DNA of 64,000 bases from Octopus bimaculoides (lineage: Eukaryota), in NCBI RefSeq assembly GCF_001194135.2, contig NC_068995.1, forward strand, positions 4,758,959 to 4,822,958, in the 5' to 3' direction. The notes beneath the pieces were generated by a model that saw nothing but the letters and a program-made list of their open reading frames with translations, was not told the DNA's origin and did no database searches. Positions 24,440 to 35,500 of this stretch are shown one piece after another. Positions within the stretch are counted from its first letter, which is position 1. Every line of letters starts with the position of its first letter. The position numbers were made by a program, and so were the translations under genes.

Positions 24440-24620
24440 GTCACATGTCTGGTTTCCATGCTGGAATGGATAGATGGGTTGCATGGAAACTGGTAAGCTG
24501 GAGGGCTGCACTAGATTCCAGTCTGATTTAGCATGGTATCTATGGCTGGATGCCCGTAACGCCAACCACTCTGACAGTGTAAAGGGTGCTTCTTACACGA
24601 CTGCAGCAACACATGCCCCT
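24440..24620 (+). mobile_element. Interspersed repeat family E (CCATGCTGGCATGGGTTGG...GGCTGGATGCCCTTCC; RTE/SINE tail-like)
   Basis: Other copies at about 5005-5045(-), 20560-20680(+), 22100-22340(-), 23320-23420(+), 28580-28630(-) and 39440-39560(+). Confidence 0.75.
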
Positions 24621-24780
24621 GTGTTAATGTCTTAAACTGTGAGGCCATAAGAGTAGATATCTATTCATGGAAGGGTTGTTTCTCAAAGTGGTTTTGGGAC
24701 AAATTGCAATGACAGGACTCCATGGAAGTATTTGATCTTTGTACAGTGCTGTCAACTTCTGAAACACCTTCCGTCATTGT

Positions 24781-24966
24781 TTAGCTCTTCAGCATTCACA
24801 TTACTCTGTCTGATGTCCTGCTTGTTTCTCTATTCGTATTGTTTTTAGTTAATCATGCATTTATCCTGTCGCTGTTGCTATTTCAATAACGTTATTGTTT
24901 TTAGAATGATGTTGCAAGGTAGGTTTGAAAAGTCAGGTTGGGCTAGTTTAAATGTGGAACGGTTAA
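24781..24966 (-). mobile_element. Same piggyBac-type MITE family, inverted, in DONSON intron 7
   Basis: Shares cattca(g/c)atta, ttaatcatgcat, tttagaatga and gtttaaatg...ggttaa with the reverse complement of 26201-26404. Confidence 0.6.
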
Positions 24967-25049
24967 AGCTGTTAGCCATTGTCTTCTCTTGTGTCTTGTT
25001 CAATGATGTCTGAACACTTTTTTTTTTTGTTTTTCTTTTACTCCTGTAG

Positions 25050-25313
25050 CATCAGTTCACATAATTCCTCAGTTGATGATGATGGCGATGACGACGGTGA
25101 TATTGATGGTGAAGCTGATTTATTTGAAGAGCAAGAGAACATAGTACCGAGTTCCGATCCTGAAGAGTTGAAACGGAATTTCCAGTCAAATGGAGAAATA
25201 GAGGAGGAGGAAGAAGATGGCTTCATAGCAGACGAGGGCGCTGCTGTATGGTTGGAAAGTATTGGGCTTGATAAGAAAAACTTCCCTTCATTGAATCCAA
25301 ACAAAGTCAGACT
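25050..25313 (+). CDS. DONSON: DONSON coding exon 8 (acidic region; WLESIGLDKK...NKVRL)
   Basis: Acceptor ctcctgtag|. WLESIGL matches human WLEEMGV. Ends at CT|GTATCCTTTT (U12 donor), phase 2-2. Confidence 0.9.
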
Positions 25314-25667
25314 GTATCCTTTTCCTTATGCTTTACTCAGGGCTAATGTGAACTGTGATGTCATCACTGCTTTAACGAGGTTTTTAAAAATTTGTTTGTA
25401 TGAAGGTTGTCCACTGGGCCATTGCGCCTCCACAATATATATATATATATATAGGCACGCATGGGGTTGTATGGTTCAGAAGTTTGTTTCCCTACCATGT
25501 TGCCTCTCTCTCTCTCAGTGTGGGCAGGTGGAAGTTTTATGATACACTATTTACTCAGCTGAGCAATCACTTCATCACCCCCTCCCCTTCTTATATGTCC
25601 TTGTCATGCCTTTCCCTCATCGCCCTCCAGCTTCTTCACATTTTTTTCCCTTAATAAAAGATTTCAG
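25314..25667 (+). other. U12-type (minor spliceosome) GT-AG intron, 354 nt
   Basis: The 5' site GTATCCTTTT is the U12 consensus. Branch-like TTTCCCTTAAT at 25645-25655 has its A 13 nt from the AG, with no pyrimidine tract in between. Splicing here restores the frame (KVRL-HREGFKQIDCRPES). Confidence 0.9.
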
Positions 25668-25866
25668 TCATCGTGAAGGTTTTAAGCAGATTGACTGCCG
25701 CCCTGAATCGGTGATAGTGCTAGACCAAGACGTTGACGTACAAGCACTGTTTAATTTCCTCCTCAACTGGAGAGCCTGCATCGCGGCTGTTGGTCCACAA
25801 CATGGCATCCCGCCAACCATTTTATCACCAAATGCTTTCAAAGGGGCTACCTTGAAATCACTGAAG
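25668..25866 (+). CDS. DONSON: DONSON coding exon 9 (DCRPESV...LFNFLLN...GPQHGIPPTILSPNAFKGATLKSLK)
   Basis: Matches human DHRPESVV...LLNFLIN...[25 protein letters not shown]. Donor AAG|gtaatt, phase 0. Confidence 0.97.
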
Positions 25867-26064
25867 GTAATTGGAAGTTTTTTTTTTTCTTTTTTTTCCA
25901 TCCCATGTTAGTTTTGTCTAAGCAGAACTGTGATCAAGGGTGTTAATACTGTGGAACCACATGATCAAATGTCTCCTTCCTTTTCTAATAATATAAGGTG
26001 TGATTTGGTTGTTAGTTCTTTGCTGGTAAATCAACAATGTTTTTTTTTTTTATCTAACTTTTAG

Positions 26065-26175
26065 TTGAGAGGAAAGACAGTTTCCATCGGCTCTTACTCT
26101 GAGGCTGATGGAAAGAGTGGGGCAAGAAGGAGGGAGTTATCTCCCAACTGGGGGCCTCACCTGAATGCCTGCAAG
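26065..26175 (+). CDS. Candidate in-frame cassette exon in the last DONSON intron (LRGKTVSIGSYSEADG...HLNACK)
   Basis: Acceptor ttttttatctaacttttag|, strong donor AAG|GTGAGG, 111 nt, stop-free, phase 0-0. No recognisable homology to DONSON. Confidence 0.35.
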
Positions 26176-26204
26176 GTGAGGTATTAGGCTGGTTGCCAGA
26201 TTAA

Positions 26205-26400
26205 CCATTTGGCATTTAAACTGGTCTATATATTGTACCTCCTTACTGCACATACTGGCTAGATCTAGTCTCTCACACCTACCCTACAATGTCATTCTAA
26301 AAAAAAAAAAAACATATTTAAATCTCAAAGCTACAAGGTTATGCATGATTAATTCAAGACTGAATTAATGAATTGAATAAATAATCTGAATGTTAAAGGG
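26205..26400 (+). mobile_element. piggyBac-type MITE in the last DONSON intron
   Basis: ttaa|ccatttggcatttaaa ... ctgaatgttaaaggg|ttag. A partial second copy follows at about 26410-26480. Confidence 0.65.
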
Positions 26401-26762
26401 TTAGACTGATCATATTCAGCCAAAATATTCTACCTGTTCTGTGTTCCAGCTGGTCAGATCCAGCCTCTCACACCTGCCTTAAAAATATTTTAAAAATAAA
26501 CCATTAACTTTTTTTTTTTTTTTTTGTCTTAAAGGATTTCAGTTATTGTGGGGGTTTTAAATGGATTCACTGCCATCCTAATATACCATACCATGTGAGA
26601 AAAAGGGACATGTTTAATATTGTATGTCAGAAAATAAATGAGCACACTATTGTAGTCCAAGGTATACTATGTCAGAAAATTGGACGTATTATATATTGTA
26701 GTGCTAGGCATACCTCACTTTGGCAGCAATTCTTTTAGTGTTCCTTAATTCTTCCACCCCAG

Positions 26763-27089
26763 GTAAAACACAGCACAGCCTTACAGAAGGACCGACAGAA
26801 AATCAGCGTGCTGGAGATGGCTGGACCGATCTTGCCCACACATGTCCAGAGGCTAGTCAAGTTGATCTGCCAGACACAGGACCAAAACTTCAGCTTATCT
26901 CTTCACACTCATGAACCAACATCAGCTCTTAACGTTCGAATGACGGATGCTTCCTTGAATCAGCCTCCCAGCAAATGCTCAAATAACAAAGTCGGTTCTG
27001 CTTTTTCTTCTACTTCTCTCGTTTCGGCATTTAAACATACTGTTTCAGACGTCACTTGTACTCCAGATGGTTTTGTCTGGTCGAGATGA
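26763..27089 (+). CDS. DONSON: DONSON last coding exon (LEMAGPILP...HEPTSALN...FVWSR*)
   Basis: Matches human LEITGPIMP...HEPTAVFN...YNWRS*. Acceptor cttccaccccag|, stop TGA at 27087-27089. Confidence 0.95.
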   Translation, partial: VKHSTALQKDRQKISVLEMAGPILPTHVQRLVKLICQTQDQNFSLSLHTHEPTSALNVRMTDASLNQPPSKCSNNKVGSAFSSTSLVSAFKHTVSDVTCTPDGFVWSR

Positions 27090-29449
27090 TGACTTTTTTT
27101 TTTTGTTGATTTTAATTTTCTTGTTTGTGTTTTTTAAATTTTTAAATTGATATCGTTTTTTTTTAAATTTAATATTGATATCAGTTTTTTATTTTTAATA
27201 TCAATTGATATCAAAGGTGACATGCTGGCAGAAACATTAGCACACCGGGCGAAATGCTTGGTGGTAATTTCATCTGTCTTTACATTCTGAGTTCAAATTC
27301 CGCCGATGTTGACTTTGCCTTTCATCCTTTAGGGGTCGATAAATTAAGTACCCGTTGTGTACTGGGGATTGATCTAATTGACCCCACACACACACAAAAA
27401 AATTAGGGCCTAGAGTAGAAAAGAACGTCAATTTTTACCCACTTTTTCCTCAATTTTTAATATTGATTTAATTTTTAAAAATTTAATATCAATTGATATC
27501 ATTTTTTTTTTTTCCCCCCAATATTTTAACTTTATAAAATCTACATTGGGTTATAGATCGGCACACTCATTAGAGAATCAGAGTAAAATGCTTTGCAGAC
27601 TTTGTCCCGTCTGTTTATGTTCTGTGTTCAAATGTCACCAAAGTCAGCTTAGCCTTTTATCCTTCTCAAGCAAACAATTTGACTAAAACTTTCCCCAAGT
27701 TTGTGATTTTTTTTTTTTTTTCTCGTTAGTAATTATTATTAATATTATCTAAGTTTAAATTCCACTGATGTCAGCTTTACCTTTCATCCTTTCGGGGTTG
27801 ATAAAACAAGTGCCAGTTGAACACTAGGGTTGATATATTTACCTACCCCCTATCCTGAACTTGCTGGCCTTGTGTCTGAATTTGAAAGCATTATTATTAT
27901 ATTTGCTGTGGAATGCATCAGATGTTATTAAGAACACCAGGAATCTCTTGACTGGTGTTCTTTGGTTGTTTTGCCCTTTAAGGGGCAATATTTTGTTTTC
28001 CGAAAGAAATGCTCATTTGCATTTTTAAAAATTACTTGTAAAAGGTGTCAACACCTTCCAATGGATAAACGATGTTTGAGCAATCTCTTTCTCGGTGTTG
28101 GTGTCTTCAAAAAAAAAAAAATACACTGTGGAGAGACTTTTTGAAGTTTGTAATAAGAATCTGCTTTTCCTAACTACAATATTTGTTCAAAATTTTTACC
28201 AACAGACATGGTTGGTAAAAGCTATCATTCAGTATTTTATATTACCTAACTCATTAGTTGCAAGTGATTTATGATTTATTGTACTTTTTGAGATGTCTTT
28301 TATTTTCTGAGGTCAGGTTTCATATTTCTTTATCTCATAAATCGTGAAAGATCCAGTGCTATATAAATTCTCGTAGACTTTTTACAAATGCATCACTGTC
28401 GAGTTTTTGAGTTGGTCTTTTTTCAAAAGTTTGATTTTGTCTTTAACAATGTCTTGTAGTGTTGTAGTTTTCTTTATTCATTGGAACCATTGGCTGAGGC
28501 TAAAAGGAAACAGGTTATAATAATAAATAGAACACGACAAAGCCCCCAAAAAAGAAGTCGATCTTGTAAGTAATGTTGACCATATAAGTCCAACCCATGC
28601 TAGCATGGAGAGCGGACGTTAAACGATAAGTATCAGCAAGTAGCACCATCTAACTTAAGTGACAGATTGATGTAGAAACCTGGAAAATTTATGATAGAAA
28701 ATTTTTATTGAAATTCGTGTTGGATTAGCAATGGACATCATGTTTCAAAAGTTCTTTGTTGTTCTCTAAGTATTGGTGAGTGAGTAAGTTGTGATGTTGG
28801 TACAGGCAAACCAACAACATACTTTACATTGAAGGACCACAAGCCAACTTTCAATACACTGCCCAAATGTGAACTCATTAATCTTGCCAAAAGTCATTTT
28901 GGTATTGTAATTAAAACAGTCTTATAGTAAATAGTTGGTCTAAAGAAATCTGGGCAATGGAATCTTTTGGAGTGACAGTTTCTGTGTCTGTTGAAAAGTT
29001 CCTCATATTTTTGTATTTTCCAGTATATGTAGCATCTCTGATTGGAAGTTGCTCTGCTTTGGTTATAACATTGTAGATGGCTGGTGAAGGATGTAAGAAA
29101 TATGTATAAGCACCTTTTCTTCATTAATCTACATTTTATTTTATTTGCCCTGGATAGACAATGCAAAACGTTTTAAATTGACACAACAGATGTAATCGAA
29201 AAGGCCATGTTTACCTTCTTTTAATTTTAATCATTGCTAAATTGCTTACCTCCATACGACTAATCTTTGGAAGATATAGTGTGTGTTGACAAGGACTGAT
29301 TGAATGCGGCATTAATTGTATCAGTGGGGTCTGTAATAACGCCTGAAAGAAAAACTTGATGCTTTGCTATGAGATTTTGTAAATAGATTCATGGGTGTCT
29401 TAGTGAAACTTACAATGATAATGTTCTCTCACTATAAGTTTGGGCTTAT

Positions 29450-30570
29450 TTGCACAAGACCTTGTAGACAATGTTTTTTTGTTTTCCCACGTGGAATGGA
29501 CGTGAAAAGATTGTCTTTACTTCCTACTCTAGAGCAGCCTACGTAGAGTTGCCCATGGAAGAAGCAGGACTCTGCCAAATGCAGTCCAGCTAATGACAGT
29601 GTTTGCCCCCTGGGACTTGTTGATGGACATGGCAAAACTGATGCGTAGGGGGAATTGAAGTCGCAGAAATTGGAAAGGGATGTCAGCATCAGATGGGGTA
29701 AGTGGAATCCTTGGTATGAAGACATCCTCTCCTTTTCCACATCCAGAAATGATGGTGGCTTTGATGACGTGCTGCATGGCAGTCTTAATGACAAGACGCG
29801 TAACCTTGCAGAGTTTTAGAAGACTTAGATTCCTCAGAAGCATAACTGGAGTTCCAACTTTCACTGGCAATATGAGGGAGCAGTCCTTGTGGTTCCAGTG
29901 AATTAAGAAATTCAACAGGATAGTTGACTGCCTGATCAGGGTCAGGGATCAAATCAATTGATTTGTAGACATGAAGCCTACCAGGAATGACTTGCACCAG
30001 TTGATGGTGTTAACCATGCTGTTTTTTGGAGCTAAAATAGCTCTTTCGCACAGCCAGTTAAGGTCCTGGTAGTTTTCATGCAGACGGGAAAAGACTTTTC
30101 CTTTTAGGTCTTCGAGGGTGTCGACATTTGTTGAAATCGAGGACAACGTAGTTTCTCCATCATCACTGAGAAGTGATTTTCCATCCCCCAGTGATGAAAG
30201 GTTTGCTGCGAATTCTGCTGCCTGTTGGTTGCTATGCAGTCTGGCTCGCATATTCATTGTAAGGGTCAGCGTTGTTATGTTTTGCCATAACAGACGATTT
30301 GAGGCACGCATTAACTTCGTCTGCCCTGGTTCCTTTGAGAATAACTGGTAGAGTCTGCCGAAAGTCACCAGAAAGTAGAATCGTAAGCCCCCCCCCCATT
30401 GTAGTCGAGCAATCTCTGATATCTTGTAGTGTAGCGTTGAGGGCTTCAAGAGTATGCCTATGTGCCATGGTGCATTCGTCCCACACGATGAGTTGGCACT
30501 TCCGTAAAAGCAGGCCCTTGTCCGACATTTTGCTTATGTTGCAAGAGGGCTTGTCACATTTCGCCGATAA
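29450..30570 (-). mobile_element. Helitron RepHel PIF1-type helicase, degenerate fragment
   Basis: Motifs LIVWDECTMAH, LLSGDFRQTLPVI, NYPVEFLNSL, GTPVMLLRNL, VFIPRIPL, FAMSINKSQG and HGQLYVGCSRV, with several frameshifts. Confidence 0.95.
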
Positions 30571-30574
30571 TTTG

Positions 30575-31100
30575 ATTTCACATGAGTCCACATCCCTTCC
30601 ATGATGTTTGTGTGTACAGAGCGATCATTGGGATCCACAAAGGTGACACTGTGGTTGACAATGGAATGGTTTGGTAGGCTGTTATATGCTCTCCAGGAAT
30701 CTGTGATAATCTTAGTTCCTGGCAAAACATGGCGGGTAACAATGTTTATGCACTTCTATTTTCCACAGAAACTAAGACACGTCTCAGATTTCCCCGTTCA
30801 ACCATTCCAAGAACCCAAGCACATCCAAGACTTCTTCAAAGCAAATAGTTCAGTGACTCAAAATTGTAGGGCTGTATTGCAAATTGGCACGTGAAAAATT
30901 TTGAGACGATTTTTTTTCTTTATCTCTCTCTAGCTCTCTATGTGGTGTCCTTTCAATCTACATGGTGGGCTGCTTTGGTATGTTCCCAAATTTGAGAAAT
31001 ACGTTGGCTCCCAGTCGGGGAGTCTGATGCCTCTTGCATGTAATTCACATTCTGAACAATCTTCAGCCATATTTTCGATTTGTGTAACTGTAAGGGTTAT
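30575..31100 (-). mobile_element. Merlin (IS1595/ISXO2-like DDE) transposase remnant 1
   Basis: VSVENRSA*TLLP; PGTKIITDSWRAYNSL..HSIVNHSVTFVDP..VHTNIMEGMW. Confidence 0.9.
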
Positions 31101-32059
31101 TCTGTGTTTACTATATTTTGTTCTGAATCTATATCACTGTCATTAAATCGTCCAAAAGTAGTTTTACATTGTCTCTAGAGAAAATGTGTCCACTTGCCCC
31201 AGTCTCCCCTACTTTCAAATCAAAATTGGGTGCACTCGGCAGAGATGTAACCCACCCGTTTCTGTTCATTAAAGAAGCCTTCAAGCAATCTATCCACATG
31301 CAAGAAATAACAGCCAAATCTCACACATTCTTTTTTTGCCTATATTCTTAATAAAAAAATTTTACATACCTGCTTCGTATGTCCTAGAAGCTGGTTATAT
31401 CAGGACTTTTGTAAAAAAAAAAAAATTATTTCTAGGGGTGGGGAGGAATTTCTAAAAAAGATCCCATACTGGCCGGCTTTTTTCCTTGGCGATAAAGATT
31501 TTGGAAAAATTTCACATGGTAAAAAGATGCTTTATGCATATATACTGTATGGCAAAAAGTTAAAATGCTTTTTCTTTTTTTTATACAAAATGCAACATGA
31601 CAGTTACAAAAATTATGAGTACTGGAATAACAGCCTGTTCTCCAAATTCTCTTGACACCCACCCACATTTGTATGTAATACACATAGAATACAAATTTGT
31701 TGAAAATATAAAAGAAATTTCATGTTACATACCATTGGAATTTACGAAGGATAAACCTTGGGATTATGTTTTCAACATCGTATTCCATTTTGTGTACTGA
31801 CAGTTCCCAGAAATTTCTTTAAGATCATAATTTGTGCTATCCAAATCGTATTTCTATATAACATTTCATCACTATATATCCATTTTCCTGAAAGTTATGA
31901 GGGAAAAATTGAATCTTGTGAATTTTCTGAAAGTCCTCTCCTTAACCACCCCTGTTTGTGCAAATTTGTTTTTTCATATTCGTTTTCTACACATTTTTTA
32001 AAACCTAGCAGGCTATTTGTTTTTTTGTTGTTGGGCCTCAAGCTTATAAAATATTCTTA

Positions 32060-32500
32060 CCTGTCTCTGTGGCTTACAAAGTTCAGCAGCATCCTGCATT
32101 AATGTTTGGAAGAGGTTTACATGCCGTGTGTGCATCTCATTTGGTGTTGGATTTGCCACCGCAGGTTTTCGCTGTCGTTTGTGTGAGCTCTGGTGAGAGG
32201 ATCCACGGCAATGTAAATGCGATTGACATTGAGATGCTTGAAACTTTAAGCTCCAAGACTATGTTTTCCAGCCGTCACATATTGTTGTTGTTCCAGGTTT
32301 AATATGCTGCAAAATTAATGGTTGTGGCCCTATCCCGCTTGTTATTTAGCAATGCAATTAGTACATTTTGTTGGCTGTCACGGCATATGCCTCCAAACTC
32401 ACACTGTCCTTCAGATCTTTGATATTTTGTTTTCCTGAATTTCAACTCATCGATTTCCACTAATTCCTGGGATGCCAATGTCTGTATGTAGTTTTTTTGT
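32060..32500 (-). mobile_element. Merlin transposase remnant 2
   Basis: LVEIDELKFRKTKYQR..GQCEFGGICR; HIKPGTTTICDGWK; VDPLTRAHTNDSENL. Confidence 0.85.
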
Positions 32501-32568
32501 CTCTACTGACCACTGACAGACTACGAATGATATTCTCTTATGGTTTCTGTGGATGTTGCTAACACGTT

Positions 32569-35500
32569 CTCATCAGTCACTGTCGGCCAATGAAAGGCTT
32601 GCTACGTGCACGGTTTCATTATGCAGCAACTGGTAGGGACGGGGGTGTTTACTACTCCACAAGTGGACCATTATAGGCGGTTACAGGATTATTTTTCGGT
32701 GGTAGTAAATAGAATAATACCGAAAGATGTCGCAATCTTTACGGAAGTGTCGCCTCTATTTCGATACTTATCTCCATTGCTAGGGGTTACGTTGAAAAGA
32801 TTCGTTAGTGTAACGTCGTAGGTACTTGAGATTCATAGCTATTTTGGTCGCTGGTGTATAATTTTCCTTTGTGGTAATAATGAGACGTAAGGAGTAATTC
32901 CATTTAGTTGCTGTTGTTTACGGAAATCTTTTTTTAACAATGTTATCTAATGCATTAGCCCTTTTCGGTGATTTCGAAAGTTATGTCCCCAGTCTATTTA
33001 TTATGGACTGGGTAGAAGAAAAAATAGCTTGCATTCTTTCATCGCAGAGCATGATTGTGAAAGAACTAAATTTAGGATATGGGCACAACAATGAATAAAG
33101 GTCGCACATTCATATTTCTTTCTTACTTTTGCCTGTAACCCATTTAATTGTCCTGCCGTTGTAGCGGCACCATCATATTAAGTGTAGCACTTCCAGTTAA
33201 CCATTTTTTCATTTCATACAAATTAACCTGAAATTGTCTCGTAAATTTCTTGTAACTTCACAAATTAGGTGAATTCGGTGTTGGTCTCCCACTGTTTATA
33301 ATTGTTTTCCATCGAAGTCTCTTTTCGAAAGACTATTTCTCAAAATATCGTTTCTAACACGCACTTCACTCAATTCGAGTGACCACAGGCTGGAGAGTGA
33401 GAAAGGGAGTGTGTCGCTGGGTGCTTGGGATGTGCTGCCGTCACGTGTTTAGCAACTCCTACAAGGTACTGCTTGAAGAAAGAGAATTCGTTCCAATAAC
33501 TTCCTGAAGATTTCGTCCTTAAATTCATAATGCCACATGAATTCAATCAGATGCATCTGCAGTAAACTTCGGACTGTTCCATTTTCTCTTTTGTTGAGAT
33601 TCTTTACATGCTTCCATAAGCATTCTATGTGGATGGTTGTGGCAAATGTTACCGGATCAACAAAATTTATAGAATGGTTTACAGTCAAATGTCTATATCC
33701 TAGCTGATTAAGCGTATTATACGAACGCGAGAGGTCAGAAATTATAGTTGTACCAGGCAGTATATGGTCTTATATAATACCTAAAAGAGTGTCCGCAGAC
33801 CGGTCTTCCACTGCCACCGAAACACATCTTTTTGTATCCCTTTCNNNNNNNNNNNNNNNNNNNNNNNNNNNNNNNNNNNNNNNNNNNNNNNNNNNNNNNN
33901 NNNNNNNNNNNNNNNNNNNNNNNNNNNNNNNNNNNNNNNNNNNNAATTATATAGCGGGTGTACATACTTCTTGCACATAACTGTTATAATCCACAGCTGT
34001 ATTGGGGCTCATCCCCAGTTCGTTTTCACAATAGCGGACTGTGGTCAGTCCCCTGACCCAACAGTACAAGAATAATGACTACCGCCCACAGAGGAAGTGT
34101 GCTACCTTCCAGCCAAGTTTCCTTTCCAATAGAAACTTTAACACAACAACCTCTGACAGTACACCGCCACATAATACGATTACTCAAGGATTTTGTCTTC
34201 ATTAAGTGCCCATTTACACATTTTTTTGTGGACAGTATAATACCCTTCTCTGTTAAGTACTCCACCGCATCCTCTTGCGTTTTTATTACACTAAACAACT
34301 TGCATAGACTAGTCATTTTCACAATGTAATGTAAAATACAAACAATTAAGCACAAGAAAAAATGAACGTGTTTACACACAGTCAGAACAAAATAAAAATG
34401 AAAGAATAAGCAACAAAATATGAACAAATAGCAATTAAATTATACGTCGAAAATAAAATGATAAAATAAGCAACACACGTGTTTATGAACAGTCTTGCTC
34501 ATAGCTCATAGAAAATGTCAGAACTAACAGGGATAAATAGCATATACAGCAGTAACTGTATTCAATTGAATAGACGTCAGTGATTAGTTGAAATTATCGA
34601 AATAAGACAATTTTTTTTACCTGAAATAACTTTGAATACGAAAATTTTTAACTGTTCTATAACACAAAATATAGAAGTGTACGAAGTTTGAAAGTGTTTC
34701 GGTACCAAAAACACTACATAAAACATAAATGCAAAGTGGCGCCCGTCAAATCAGAAAGATCTACTTTTTCCATGAGTAAGTTTAAGTAAACTGGACCCCT
34801 GACAGTTTGGTCAAAAAAAAAAGAAAGAAGGTTCAAAGATACCCAATGTTGGCATCCTTCACCATTTTAAGGTATTTAAACTCTTTTAAAGTATCATTAG
34901 TACTATTCCAAAGTTTAAGGTGATTAAAATTATTTAATCTAGTGATATATTTATCTAAAATAATCTTAATTTACCTAGATCTGATTTACTTGGACATATA
35001 AGTCTAACTTTGGGGTCAGAGTAAAAATTATCCGTGTGGTCCCTTTTTTCATGTCTGCGCTGCCACATCAATCTGCAGGTACCTCACCATCATTTGTTAC
35101 CCTGTTTTAAACACGCCCAAGTACTTCCTCTCATCGGTCACTGTCGGCCAATGAAAGGCTTGCTACGTGCACGGTTTCATTGTGCAGCAACTGGTAGGGA
35201 CGGGGGTGTTTACTACTCCACAAGTGGACCATTATAGGCGGTTACAGGATTATTTTTCGGTGGTAGTAAATAGAATAATACCAAAAGATGTTGCAATCTT
35301 TACGGAAGTGTCGCCTCTAATTCGATACTTATCTCCATTGCTAGTGGTTACGTTGAAAAGATTCGTTAGTGTAACGTCGTAGGTACTTGAGATTCATAGC
35401 TATTTTGGTCGCTGGTGTATAATTTTCCTTTGTGGTAATAATGAGACGTAAGGAGTAATTCCATTTAGTTGCTGTTGTTTACGGAAATCTTTTTTTAACA

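Noticed and set aside
26741-26762. Second U12-like branch sequence TTCCTTAAT 14 nt before the last DONSON acceptor
   Set aside because: No GTATCC or ATATCC donor lies upstream (the donors are GTAATT and GTGAGG), and the motif sits in an ordinary pyrimidine tract. At most it is a relic.
27090-29400. SON gene tail-to-tail with DONSON as in vertebrates
   Set aside because: No SON-like RS, G-patch or dsRBD sequence was seen in the window.
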